From the NCBI GenBank assembly GCA_028534125.1, contig CM052816.1, positions 26,476,001-26,539,500 of the forward strand: a stretch of DNA of 63,500 bases, written 5' to 3'. This document shows, piece by piece, positions 48,591-62,134 of the stretch. The notes under the pieces were generated by a model. That model had not been told where the DNA came from. It saw nothing but the letters and a program-made list of their open reading frames with translations, and searched no databases. A program made the position numbers and the translations under genes. The stretch comes from Lama glama (taxonomy: Eukaryota). Each line of letters begins with the position of its first letter. The first letter of the stretch is position 1.

Positions 48591-51415
48591 ATTTTCTCTC
48601 GGCCTCAATAGCCTGTCGGTACACATGTGGTCACATTAACAGTCATGATTCAAATTTCTCTGTTTTGTACACTCACCTACTCCTGGGAGTCCCCAGCTAG
48701 AGCCTCACACATGCTCATGAAGATTTCTGATGCTGCTGGCACTTTGGCTGTTGTGTCAGGTGTCATGGCACCAAATGGTCACAGCTGCTGTCTCATTCTG
48801 TCTTGAGTTGCCCCTTTTAGAGGGTTACCGGGCCAGGTTTGTTCTGGCCACATCTCTTACAGAGGTTCTAGTAAAACAGCCCACCCTGCTCTCTAGAGAG
48901 AGAAACCAGAAGAGTCCATGAAGGGTTGGGCCAGGAGACAGACCTGAGTGACAAACGTCACGCTGTCCTCAGACTTGTCCTTGCCTATGACATATCACAA
49001 CTATGTCTTTCTTACTGGGCCAAGCTCCCCTGCCAGACTCCTTCCTCCCACAGGTTGAATTTTCACACCAAGCTCTTTTGTCTTTCTATCATAAAGCTTC
49101 GCTGGACTCGCTCCCACAGGGTGTAGAAAATTCCAGACATGTCTGTAACTCCCTCACACTCAAGCTTTGATAGAGGTTTGTACAGATGTCTTGATAAAGT
49201 CAGACACTCACCACACACACAGATCCCAACACACACCATGTGTCCAAACTGAATTGTAACAAGAGACACTGATAAGATATTACTTCCTATACCAGTTTTA
49301 TGGCAAAGATGATAACCAATTAACTGCTGTTAATTTAAGCAGATGAAACCCATCTTCTTTCCACTTACCAAAACAAAAAGTTAGTGCAGGTTGACACAAT
49401 GTAAAAAATAAAAAAATAACTTCCAAAGTGAAATCAGCTCAACCCAAAGCTTATTTTCTCAAAATAAAGTGGAATTGCATCACATAATCCTTTCACTTTT
49501 GCACAGACTTTGGAACCCAACCCCTATGAGTTGAGATCGCATATTCTTTGTTAATCCTTATCATTACAGAAGAAAAGAAGCATTTATTAGGAGTAGGAAA
49601 GCCTACTATTAAGGTAAAATGCCAGAAAGCAGCAGTGCCTTAAAATCATCTACAAGTCACCCCATGAGGCACTTGAAAGCTGTTCTGGATGCCTGCTATC
49701 CATGTCAAGTGCAGTGGTCTGAACACTGGAACATCAGCATGAAGATTTTGTATCAGTCTAGCTCATCCTATGCACAATTACACTTCAGCGTGCATGAGTG
49801 TTACTATAAAAGCAAAAGTGTACATACTGTTTTTAAGAGCAACTTCAGGGCTTTCCAGGGGTAAGTTTATAATTCATGACTTCTGCTTTACTTGCTGACT
49901 TTAGAACTTGATCCCAGCACAAGCTACAACTCCACTATAAACACTGCCCTGTGTCCTTATGTGCGCGCACGTGTGTGTATACTTATCTGTATACTTTAGG
50001 GCACATATTTGTGATTGTACATTGTAAACTTCTATTGAAAGATGGAAATTCATGTAATACATATCAAAGAATTCTGTGCTAAACCACAAATTACATACTT
50101 TGACCTCTTTCTTGATTTCCTGCAACAAACCAACACACTGGGCTCTCATCAAATCATTTTCTTACAAGACTTTCTTTGCATAAGCAACACAAATTCCTTC
50201 TCAATCCCTCAGTTTCCAATGTTGTTTATATGGCGAATAGTAAATACATACAGTTACCATATGTCTATGTGTATATGTACGCACACACAAACACACACAC
50301 ATATGTATACATACATGAGAAATAAAGAGAGAAATCTCTCCCAGGAGATAAAGAATCCTGCAGCCCCACTTTATACTCATACCCCTCAATGGCACTTTCG
50401 CTGCTCCAGCTTTGTAAAGCCGCTCTGGGAGCGGCAGAGCCCAGACTTCGCCTAAAGCCCTCCATGTCCCTTTCAGCAAGCTCACCGTGCGGCTTCCCGT
50501 GGTATGAGACGTGTCCAGAGGCCCCTCAGCCAGATCCACTGGTGAGGACCCCTCCCTCTGGTCCTGAGCTGCTGCTTCTGTCAGGGATTCTGTAAGACCC
50601 CTGGAGGGGAAGTCCTGACCTCAAGGTGTCAGCATTATTACTTCCTGGGCTGCTGCAAGCAGCTGCAGACAGACAGATCCCGGCTCACGGGCCTGCCTGG
50701 CAGTCCTGGGCTCTGTGGGAAGGAACGCTGAAACGGGGTTTTTCCTCCTCCAGAAGACCCACTGAGGGTGTTTTACTTTTCAGTAAAAACTAGGGACTGG
50801 AATGAAGTGACTCAAGGGCATGACCTCAATCACACCACAGTAATGAGGTGTTTTTGGCAAGGTGTCAACTCCACCAGGAGACACCAGCCCACTTCCCAAA
50901 CAGGGAGAGTCCCAGGTGCTGGGGGCATTTGCCGAACTGCTACTCACCTTTCCCGTTTCCAAGGACCAGCCCCCACCCCCCAACCCCCCCTTTGCAAACT
51001 ACTGCTCAGGAATTCCTGATAAGTTTATCTGCCTCCTAATGACCAACTCCATGATTGAAATCTAACAATGATTTAAATCATTCCTTTTGCTCCTCCCAGG
51101 AGAAAACTCTGCATCTAAACTAAGTGTTTTTACATAATCAACTAGCTTGTCTGACAAGCACAGCCAAATGTCATTCTCTTGAGCTCCAAACTGCTTTAGC
51201 TCAACCAAGAGTGAATGAGTTTTCACATGTCATGAAGACAGGAACTATTTCATGCAACAAATACAAGTAAATAAAATAAAGCATCCAAGAAAGTACATGT
51301 CTTTAAAGGTTAACTTTTTTGTTTTATAATGTTTTACCTTTTCAATGTTTACAAACATTTTCTACTATTAAAAGGGTAAAAAAAAACCTAACATTTAAAA
51401 TAAGCAACAATTTGC

Positions 51416-51512
51416 TATATATATATAAATATATATAAATAAATATATATGTAAATATATATATATATATAAAAATAAATATATATATATATATAAATAC
51501 ATATATAAATAT
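51416..51512. repeat. (TA)n / AT-rich low-complexity tract
   Basis: About 97 bp almost exclusively A/T with TATA iterations. Confidence 0.95.
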
Positions 51513-52584
51513 AACCCCGTAATACTTTGGGTTTGTTCACGAGTCAGCTTAAGTTGGAGAGTCTCCAACTTTTATTTCAAGGACATGATTTTGAACTGGT
51601 TAGCAGTCACTAAGGGTACTTTAAACCTGCTTCATATCAATGCTTGGTCTGCAGTGTTCACTTACATAGTCACCAGCAACCCCGCGCTGCAGACTACACT
51701 CTGCCAGCCCCATGATGACTGGAAACATCGTATGATTTGTGGGAAGTGCTCTGAACGCAGGTAAATGCAGCCAATGAGATGAGAGAAGAAAAAACGAACG
51801 CCCCTTTTAAAAACTATGATATCACTGACATATAAGATTATATGAGTTTTAGGCCTACACTATCTTTCAATTCCTCTTGATAGAAGAAACTAGACATAAG
51901 GGGGACAAATAAAGAACTCCATTATTAGCTGGTAGGGCTGTTTGTGCTTTTTTCTTGGAAAAACCTTCCAAAAAGGCAAACTAGACATAGACAAACTGAG
52001 TTTTTCCCCTATGAAGACCTGAGAGGAACAGCCTGGTTTTCTCAGGCTTTTCTATCAGGGAGGCACAAGGGGAGAACAGGGATGACTGGCTAGAAAAATT
52101 TCCCCAGGTCATTCTGATATTATAACTCCTTCCCTCCTGCAGAAAGGGCTTGTGAGCAGATGGACCACAGGAACAAACAATTTGAGATTGTTGGTGAGAA
52201 TAAGGCATAAAAGACGAATCACAGATTCCAAGCTGAGAAAAGAAACAATGAAATCATTAAGGGTGATAAACTCAGAAACTAGGGGAAGGTCAAGTTCTGG
52301 GAGATCCTGAAAAACATGGAGGACCAACAATGGAAAAACAGGAAGAGATTTTTATTCAGCTCTGTTCTTTGGGTGTATTGGGTATCTCTATTTTTCCTAT
52401 ACTTTATTTTCCTAACTTTACAATAATAAAACAGAGGAGTGTATTCTGCTGTTGTGATCATCTACAAGGGGAAGAAGAGGTGAGTGAGGCTCAGAACTAA
52501 TGTTTCTAAGATAATAGTTTCAAGAGTCCTTTTCTTATTACTCAGTCCTGCCAAAAACCCCTTGAAAGACAGAGTAAGATTTAG

Positions 52585-52788
52585 ACATGCCAGATGAAAT
52601 ACAGGATGCCCAGTTAAACATGAATTTCAAATAAAAAATGAGTAATTTTCTACAACATGTATGCCACATATAATATTTAAGATTTAATTATATTAAAAAT
52701 TATTTGCTGTTTATATGAAGCTCACATTTAATTGGATGTCCTTTACATGTATTGGATGTCCTTTAGATGTATTTATTACATCTGGGGA
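52585..52788. mobile_element. MER53-like palindromic hAT MITE with internal 20-bp tandem duplication
   Basis: tgccagatgaaatacaggatgcccagttaaa...ttatttgctgtttatatgaag...tttaattggatgtcct; attggatgtccttta(c/g)atgt repeated at 52731-52770. Confidence 0.85.
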
Positions 52789-53448
52789 CATGAGGAAAAT
52801 AAATCCTGAATTTAGCAACTAGCACAAACTATTAACTGGTGAAATTTCTCTTGTGATCCCTATGATTCTAAATAGGAAGCTGTTTCACCAAGTAATTTAT
52901 ATGCTTCTACGTGGTCAGTCAAGTTTATGAGTGACTAATCAAATTTTTTTTTTAAAAAAACAAACCCAAGTGTCAAGAGTCATTTCCACTTTGATCTAGG
53001 TTGGGCTGTACCCTTAATCAAAAGCTCCCTTCAATTTAACTAGCAGGATGACAACCAACAAAGCATTAACATGATCTATGGCTCTTTGGCAGTGAATTTG
53101 CTGCCAGCAAGTTTCTGAAAACTTCCATCATTTTTGTCATGTTGCTGGAACATGCTCTGTTTGGTTTCCCCATTGCCATGACTTGTAATTTTAAAAATTT
53201 CTTCCTAAGTTACATGTATAATGAAATGTGTTAGAAAGAAAATATATAATTTCCATAACACCTGGCAATAAATGGAACACAGGATATTTCAGGGTTATTT
53301 ACCAAAGTTGGGAAATTTGGGTTCATCAAGACATACATAAAATGAAAAACCCTCTTACAGGTAATAGTTGATGTGAGCTTTAGCAGGAAAACAATTAGTA
53401 AAAATTCAACCTGAAAGATATAGGTTACCCCCAGCTCAATGACTACAC

Positions 53449-53573
53449 CAGTGATTCTCAACCCTTGACACAAATTAGAATTAGCTGCTGAGTTTTAAAC
53501 AGAACGCCAATGCCTCATTAAATCCAGATTCTCCCAGGTATTTCTAGTGTTCAGACAGAGCCGAGAACCACAG
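53449..53573. mobile_element. MER5-like MITE, internally deleted
   Basis: TIR-like ends cagtgattctcaa ... cgagaaccacag. Confidence 0.75.
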
Positions 53574-54041
53574 CCCTATCCAATATATAAATGCATTTTT
53601 TTTGTTCAACATGAACTTGAGTGAAATTAAACATCCAAAAATGATGACAACTACTGATCACATTAATAGAATTTGTTTCTAAATTTCTGTTTAAGAACAG
53701 ACACATCAAATGAGGAAAACTAAACTGGAAAATGTTACATTTTAAAGCCTATTTGAATTTTCTTTCTTCATAATTTGTATTACTCTTTCATTTTAAGAAG
53801 GTTTTTAATTTTCAGGCTTCTAAATTTTGAGCCATTTTCTATCCCATCTATCAAGACTGCTCACGGTTTACCATTCTCTAACACCATACTTTACCAAATT
53901 AAACTACAATGATATCACATAGCTTTGAAGAATTATCAAATCTGTGATATTAGCCTAGGTGAAATATCAAAGTGGTGGTGCTGGTGTTGTTGAATTCAGC
54001 CCCTTCCCTTTGCAGATAAGGAAAGTTTACTTTCTCTAAGG

Positions 54042-54205
54042 TAGTAGTTGTTGGGTGTCCTTGGACCAGAAGGACCAGCATCATCTGGGAACACGTCCTC
54101 AGTCTCGCTCCAGACTTAACATACTGGAAATTCTGGGGCCCAGAAATCTGTGTTCTCATCAGCCTTTCAGGTGTTTAGATGTACACTGAAGTTTGAGAAT
54201 GTCCA
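54042..54205. mobile_element. MER5A-like MITE
   Basis: ggaccagcatcatctgggaac...aattctggggcccagaaatctgtgtt...aagtttgagaa. Confidence 0.8.
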
Positions 54206-54669
54206 TTCCTGTGTCTGTACTACCCTACTCCTCTTTCCTTTGGTAGTTTTTCATGGTGTCTTCCTACCTAGTAGGAATGCCTGATTCAGTGCTCATCCTT
54301 GGGGTTGGGAGTAAAGAGTCTCCCCTGCCAGCTTCTTCACCCCTCAGTTGAGCTTCACGGGGAAGCAGCCTCTGGGAGTAACAAGATCTGTGCCCACACC
54401 CTGCGGCCAGATGACAGAAGGCAGAATTGGAGAAGACAGCACAGCTGGCCCATGGATGGAAATCTGAGCTCCATTTTTATACAACAAGTACCAGCCTATC
54501 TGAGGGGGATGTTTCCCTAAGGGGTTCTGGAGACCCTTAAGCTGTCATTTCCTGGAAGGCAGGAGTGACTGTGTCTAGCATTCTCAGAGACACTGTAAAA
54601 CAAAACCCCACCAAGGCTCTGTTCTTCCTACATGCTCTTTCCCCCGTTTCTGCTCGGTGGACTCCTATT

Positions 54670-54910
54670 AACCTTCTTGATTCCTTCAATGTGAAGACTC
54701 CTCCACTGTGAAGACTTCTCCGCACACTCCTCCCCTGCATCCACACTCAGCCTCAAGTAGATGAAGCAATTCTGCTCAAGCTTATACTTACCACCTTTGT
54801 GGTACTTTTTTGAATTAAAAATGTCTGCCTCTATCACTAGATTTCAAATTTCTCAAAAGCAAGGACAGACTGATAGCAGATACTTGGAAGATGTTGTCTG
54901 AGTGAATCAA
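54670..54910 (+). mobile_element. L2 3'-end fragment
   Basis: ctccactgtgaagacttctcc...tgtctgcctctatcactagatttcaaatttctcaaaagcaaggac...tgagtgaat. Confidence 0.65.
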
Positions 54911-55544
54911 TTACAAATAATCAGTTAAGAAAGTTTTGGATGATGACTATAGATATCAACACTGTCAACAGTCAGACGCTACGGTGTTATCCCCTGCTAT
55001 TTTTTTTTTCTTTAGTCTTTACATAGAAAAAATGTATCAGGCACCAGAAGATACATATGATTTTCAATAAATTTAGAATTTGAATTACTACTCTGCAAGA
55101 TTCCTAAATATGCTATTATGTCACCTTAGTAATGGTTATATTTAAAGTTAGGCTTTAAAAAATAAAATACATAATCGCACAAATGAAAGATAGCCCTTTT
55201 TTGAGACACACAGACTTCCAAATGTTAGCATTTACTTCGGAATGTTAAAGATAATTTCTCAAGAAAATATCTACCATATGCTCAATCCCATCATGTGATA
55301 TTTTTACTTTTCTTCTATAAAAGAATGAAGTTTCACAAGTCTAATATGCTTGTTACCGAACTGTGAGTGTCTTGAGATATACTGAAAAATATTTATACAC
55401 TTTTTCATAGAGAATGACAAGAATGACCATTTTGAAAAAATAAATAGAAAATAGGTTAAAAAGGAACAAAAGGGACTTCCAATAAAGACAGGAAAGAACT
55501 GATTCAGACCTCAAACTCCAAGGGAGACAGTAGATTATTCCTTT

Positions 55545-56300
55545 GAGACATTCTTAGTGTTCAAATTTTTCCATTTGATTTTTTAATAGATTCCTTTCTC
55601 TGGTGAAATTCTCCATCTTGTCGTATATTTTTGTGAACATATTAATCACAGTTATGATAATGCCTGTGCTTGACAGTGTGCTGGGACATCTATGAGTCTA
55701 TTTTTATCATTTGTTTTCTAGGTCTTGTTTTTTGTTACATGTCGCAATTTTTTAAAAAGAGATTAACATTATATAAGAAAGATACATGAAATACAAATGA
55801 AAAATAATAGAAGCTCTGGAAATATGATCTTTCTCCAGACTGAGCTTACCCTAACCTCTAGTGAGCAGGTAAAATGGGGGGGGGTTATCTGAATATAATC
55901 AGGGCCTGAGCTACCCCAGGTTGCATCACAGTTTTCACAGGTTTTCACCTCTGGTTGCCTTCATGTCTAGCATTTGGCTCTTCAGGGATCTCAACTGATG
56001 ATCTGCAGTGTTTACTAGGGTCTCTCCTCCTTGTCAAGTCATGATCTACAGGGTTTTTTTTTTTCCCTTGACACAGTGAGAATGCCAAAAAGTCCATTCA
56101 TCTTAGCCTCGAACCTTTGCAGCTTAAGAATTTAGCAAATGCCTCATTAGGATGACTACTGAATATAGGTCTCCCATCCCTGCCTTTCATTCTCTGCAGG
56201 CTCTTGACCCTGCAAATCTTGGCTGCCTAGGAGTTGATTCCTAAGTAGCTCTCTGATGCCTTCAACTGGATTTTCTGTGGGTGTGATATCCATTCAGCCA
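55545..56300 (-). mobile_element. Ancient L1 (L1ME-type) 5'/ORF1 region
   Basis: tctctggtgaaattctccatctt...tgaacatattaatcacagttat...agctctctgatgccttcaa blocks recalled from L1ME 5' ends. Confidence 0.65.
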
Positions 56301-57069
56301 AGAGATCAATTAAAACAAAGAAATTGGAAATTATCAAAGGACTGATAATAAGCATCAATGTAGCATTTTATATAGATGAGCGCTAATACAGATGAACATC
56401 AGTAGAGCTAAGTGAGCATTCAATATAGAACTAAGACCAAACAACTATGGAAATTGTGATTGTGGAAGAGGGGGTGACCTTTGCAGTATAATTATTAAAT
56501 AAAACAAAAGTTGGGAAGAGGGGAAGAGAAGGTCCAACAAAATTGATAACGCTAATTTTTCCAACTTTCATAATTAAAATAATGTATTTTTGACTAAATT
56601 TGAAACATAAAGGTTGAAAACAATGACATGAATTTCTGAACATACACTATCTTGCACCTTAAACCTAGTGAGATCTTTTAGAATTCCACACTATTTGCAA
56701 TGGAAAAAAATTTTTTTGAACTTTCCTCAATGCCTTTGCTATCATTTGAGTTTTACATTTCTCATTCCAATTCAAATAAAGTTAAAATAATTTCATTTTT
56801 AAACATACGATTCCATTTTCATACACTTAGTGGGACCGATTTGGCTTTCTGCCCTTATCTACCCAACTTTCAATTTTGTGTATTTACAGCAAGATTCATG
56901 AACTAATGATTAACTCAAGATAAAACTACTTATTTCAGAGTGGTAGATTTTTAGGGTTCTTTCCCCTTTCCTTCTTATACTTTTCTATAGCTCCTTTTCT
57001 TCTCTAGAACATATATTCTGGTATTCATTGAAATGGAAGACCATCTTTTCCTGTCCTAAAGCATTAGTA

Positions 57070-57200
57070 AATTATGAACCATAAGCTCCCCCAGTGGACT
57101 CTTTTCTTCTTAAGCACAAGGATTTTTGTCTCATTTATTGTTCTAAAACCAACTATTAGTACAGTGTGGCCCAAACTCAGAAGGTACTCACTCAGTAAGT
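57070..57200 (+). mobile_element. L2 3'-end fragment
   Basis: ataagctcc...aaggatttttgtctcattt...tagtacagtgtggccc...aggtactca. Confidence 0.55.
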
Positions 57201-57239
57201 AATAGTCACTAATACAAATTTAGTTCATCTTCTTTAAGT

Positions 57240-57420
57240 TGAAAATCAAACCCTATGACAAATGATTGACTATACTGAGGAAGAATAAGGACCCAGAAAT
57301 TAAGGGATTGTAAGAGATCACACAGCAAATTCATATCAGAATGGAAACATCAACCTAAGTTTTTGACTTCTGAAGTATTCTTTGCTCCAAAAGCCTGTGC
57401 TTCATCCACTTCAGCACTAA
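57240..57420 (-). mobile_element. MIR SINE
   Basis: tgaggaagaataaggacccagaaattaagggattgtaagagatcacacagc...caacctaagtttttgacttc. Confidence 0.65.
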
Positions 57421-58419
57421 CTCTCTCTCTACACACTTCTTTTTTTCACATACTCTGAAAAACATTTCTTCTAATCCCATTTTCTCTTAGCTTTGGCCAG
57501 TATAGTTACTTATTGGTAAGGATCACGCATTTGTTTGTCTTCCCTCAGTATTCCATCTCACTGCCTCCAAACAGATGAAAGGAAAATCAACTCAGGAAGT
57601 GAAAATCCAACTGCAGTCATTAAACCAGCAAATGGCATTACAGGAAGGCACTTGACCCTACATTTAGAGATATAAAGACACTACATAAATCACAGAGCTA
57701 AAAACAGGCACCTCACTCAAAGTTCCAAATGTGGCTTAATCTCCAAGTTCACTTACATGTATTTACTTGGAATAGCTGAGTTAAGACAGCTTCTGTCATT
57801 TCCTGAAAGAGTATCTAAATGTAAAAAATCCTGAAAATCACTATGATAAAGCCAAAGAATCTGACTTTTCCATCTGAATAGACTCTGAACACTTAGCATC
57901 TCCTTATCACAATTCATAAATCATTCAAAAGTCCCTCTCCCTCTTTGTAATACAGTGGTTCTGCTGCTTGAATTCATTTGCCTTATTTTTTTCTATCCTG
58001 TACTACAGAGTCTTTATTCTGAACAAGATCTTATTTCTAAGCTCACTGCATAAGATGTCCACAATTTCCCACTGTCCATCGTTTCTCCATTCTTTGTTCA
58101 GAGCATGGTTTCTCTTTTTCCTGTGCTCCTCCCAATGTGAGCTACAGCAGCACACTGCCACACCCACCTCCTGCTCTGAGATCATCAGGAGAGAAGAAAT
58201 CCAATGATCTCTCTCCAACCAAGTCAACATCCCTTTCCTGGAGGCAGAACTAACTACAGAGGTAGATAGTACAGGTTTTAAGGAATGAACATTGGAAGGG
58301 AATATTCCTAAAACAGTAGCAGAGGTTATTCCTGGGTCATAATATACCCTGTATTTGCTGATTCTCTTCCTACAGTGAATATCATTTACTTCTTTTTAAA
58401 AAAAACTCATTACACACAG

Positions 58420-59040
58420 CACCATAAGACAATATATTGCCAATTACACACTAATGTATTCAAATTTTAGATGAAATGGATAATTTTTAGCAAACTGTAT
58501 TTTACCAAACCTATCCACAAAGTGTGAAAAAGCTAAAACACTAATAAACAAGGAAGAAATTATGAGTTGTCTAAGAGTTATCTGCCCTACTCCTTATTGC
58601 CACCACCAGCAACAAGAAACATCAGGCTCAAATGATTTTGGAGTTGATACCCTGTTAGTATATCAAAACAAAAACAAAAACAGAAAAAACTGCCCATGCC
58701 ATTTTAACTTTTTCAGAAAATAAATTAGCATAACACTGATCTAAAAAAGTCAGCAAACAAAAATAAAACAAATTAAACTTATTTAACTACTGCTGGCCAA
58801 ACTTTTTCTTAGGAAGAAGTACTAAACAAAAAAAGCCAGCAAAACATTTTTTATAAGCCAGCAAATCTAGCCAGGTTCACTAAAAATGCAGAGAGATTTA
58901 ATATTTTAAAAGTCTAATTATATCAATTAGTAAATTAATAATCCAATGAAGAAAAACTATTTGTGAAGGCCAAAGAGGTATTAGATATTAGATAATATTT
59001 GTCAAATTTTAATTTTAAAAATTGGTTGAAAGGGTATACA
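58420..59040 (+). mobile_element. Ancient L1 ORF2 fragment
   Basis: ttagatgaaatggataattttt (LDEMD-F), aaacatcaggctcaaatgatttt (PGPDGF-like); heavily decayed. Confidence 0.65.
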
Positions 59041-59091
59041 TAACTTCCTAATTTAAGGGATCATGTTCTTAACATTATTTTCAAGTTTGAT

Positions 59092-59526
59092 TTTTTTAAA
59101 TTCAAGTATAGTAGATCTACAATATTTTATTAGTTTCAGGTATATAGTATAGCGATTCAATTTTTTTTAGATTATACTCCACTTAAAGTTATTATAAAAT
59201 ACTGTCTATATTTCCCTGTGCTTTACAATATATCTTGTTACTCATTTATTTTATACATAGTAGTTTGCATCTCTTAATCCCATACCCCTATCTTGCCTCT
59301 CCTTCCCTCTCCCCACTGGTAACCACTAGCTTGTTCTCTATATCCATGAGTCAGTTTGTTTTGTTATATACATTTGCTTGTTTTATTTTTCAGATTCTCC
59401 ATATAAGTGATAACATACACTATTAGTCTTTATGTCTTACTTATTTCACTAAGCATTATATTCTCTAGGTACATCTGTATTGTTGCCAATGGCACAATTT
59501 CATTCTTTTTTATGGCTGAGTAATAT

Positions 59527-59568
<42 letters not shown>

Positions 59569-60040
59569 ACACTTGGGTTGCTTCCATATCTTGCCTATGG
59601 TAAATAATTGCTACTAGGAACACAGAAGTACATGAATCTTTTTGAATTAGTGTTTTCATTTCCTTCAGATAAGTTCTCAGAAGTGGACTTGCTAGATCAT
59701 TTTGTAGTTCTTTATTTAGTTTTTTGAGGAACCTCCATACTGTTTTCCACAGTGGCTGCACCAATTTACATTCCCACCAACAGTACAGGAAGGCTCCCTT
59801 TTCTCCACATCCTAACATTTGTTATTAGTAGACTTTTTTACAATAGCCATTCTGACAGGTATGGGGTGGTATCTCTTTGTGGTCCTGATTTGCATTTCTC
59901 TGACAATTAGTGAGGTTGAGCATCTTTTCAGGTGCCTGTTAGCTATCTGGATGTCTTCTTTGGAAAAATGTCTATCCAGGTCTTCTGTCCTTTACTTAAT
60001 TGGGTTCTTGGTTTTTTTGATACTGAGTTGTATGAGTTGT
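59092..60040 (-). mobile_element. LINE-1 3' portion (ORF2 C-terminus plus 3'UTR)
   Basis: Minus [36 protein letters not shown]-rich end at 59092. Confidence 0.94.
59529..59566. repeat. (GT)19 perfect microsatellite inside L1
   Basis: Direct reading. Confidence 0.98.
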
Positions 60041-60586
60041 TCTGGTGTGGGGAGGGAGAAAGCAGCCATTTTGAAATATGTCAGTGCATTCTCTAATTCT
60101 TAATAAGACCTGCCCTCTTCAAGATAAATTACCAATCTAACCCAATGGAGTTTTATCAGAGCCTAACTAACCTGAGGGAAAGAAATACTCAACTCCAGCC
60201 AGCTCATGCTTTCCACATGGGAGAAGGGAAATACCAGGTGAGTACCCTCCAGTCACTTGGTCCCACTTAAGGCTGGGAAAAAACTGATAGGCATTTCTGA
60301 AGTTCATGGCCCCGGTCCACTAGCTCACTAAAAACCTGAGATATAATCTTAGAAATAGATTGCTTCTACCTCTACACCTTACCATCACATTACAAAAAGT
60401 CTGTTAACAAGTATTCCTTTCAGTTAGCACATCATGGAACAATATCCATAATCACTTTAAATGTCAATGGTACAAATACCAATTAAAAGACAGGGACTGT
60501 CAGAGTGGATCAATAAATAAGACCCAACTTCATGCTGTCTACAAGAAACCCACTTAAAAACACATCTATTGATTAAAGGGATGGAA

Positions 60587-60623
<37 letters not shown>

Positions 60624-62130
60624 ATGCTAATATTAATCAAGAGAAAGTGGCAGTAGCTATATTAATTTCAGACATAGCAGACTTCACAGTAAGGAGTTAC
60701 CAGGGATAAAGAGGGCATTACATGATGATAAAATGGTCAATTCTCCAAGAAGATATAATCCTTACTGAGTTTGTGTCTAGCCACAGTGTCAAAATACATG
60801 AGGCAAAAACTGATAGACCTGCAAGGAGAAATAAATAAGTCCACTATGATAGTTGGAGACTTCAACACTACTCTACTAGAAATGGACAGATATAGTAGGC
60901 AGAAAATTACTCAGGACATAGTAGGACTTAAGAGGATGATCAATCAACAGGATATATTCAACATCTCTACACCACTCCATCCCAAGTCACCATAATACAC
61001 TTTTTTCTCAAGCTCACATAGAATATTCACCAAAACAGACCACATTCTGGGCCACAAAACACGTATTAACATCTTGAAAAGAACAGAAATTATATTATGT
61101 CTGTTTTCAAAGCACAATGGAAATAAACTAGAAATCAACAGAAGATAGCTGGAAAATTCCCCAAATACTTGGAGATTAAACACACCTCTAAATAACAATG
61201 GGTCAAAGATGAAATCTCAAGATAAAATGTTAAATATTAGATATGAAAGCAAAACTTATCAAAATTTGTGGGATTCAGTGAAAGTAGTGCTTAATGGAAA
61301 ATTGAAGCATTGAGTGTATATATTTAAAAAGAAGATCTAAAATCAATAATCTAAGCTCTCATCTTAGGAAAGTAGCAAAAGAAGAGCAAATTAAATTCAA
61401 AGTAAGCAGAAGAAATAATAAAATCTGTTTCTTTGAAAAGATTAATAAAATTGGTAAGACTTCACCCAGAGAAAAAAAGATGACACAAATTACTAATATC
61501 AGAAATGAAAGAGGGAACATCAGTACAGATGTCAATGATGTTAAAAAGATACTAAAAGAATACTGTAAACAACTCTATGTCCACAAATTTGATAACCTAG
61601 ACGAAATGGGCTTACTGCTTGAAAGATACAATCTTCCCAAACTGACACAAGAATATCTACTATATCTGTTAAAGAAATTCAGTTGATAACTAATAACCTT
61701 CCAAAAGAGAAAGCACAAGGCCCAGATGAATTCTACCAAATATTTAAAGAAGAAAATTTATCAATTCTCTGCCATCTCTTTCAGAAGGTTGAAGCAGAGG
61801 GAATACTTACTAACTTATTCTATAAGGCCAAAATTATCCTAATACCAGCCCAGACACAGAACGTGGGAAAAACAAGAAAAACTACAGACCAGTATCTCTC
61901 ATTAACACACATGATGTAAAAATCATCAAAAAAAATTAGCAAATTGAATCTAACAATGTGTAAAAAGAATTACATATCACAACTTACTGAGTTTTATCCA
62001 GTGTATGCAAGCCTGATTCAAAATTCAAAAACCAACTAATATAGTTCATCATGTCAACAGGCTACAGAAGATAGATGCAGAAAAAGCATTTCACAAAATC
62101 CAACACTCATTCATTACAAAAACCCTCAGC
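60041..62130 (+). mobile_element. Old LINE-1 (L1MC-type): 5' region joined to ORF2 EN-to-RT segment
   Basis: 60041-60435 resembles the L1MCa 5' region (gcagccattttgaaatatg, gggagaagggaaatacc). From 60437 atcactttaaatgtcaatgg (ITLNVNG), then IVGDFNT and KQLYVHKFDNLDEM. Confidence 0.85.
60589..60622. repeat. (AC)17 perfect microsatellite inside L1 ORF2
   Basis: Direct reading. Confidence 0.98.
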
Positions 62131-62134
62131 ATTA

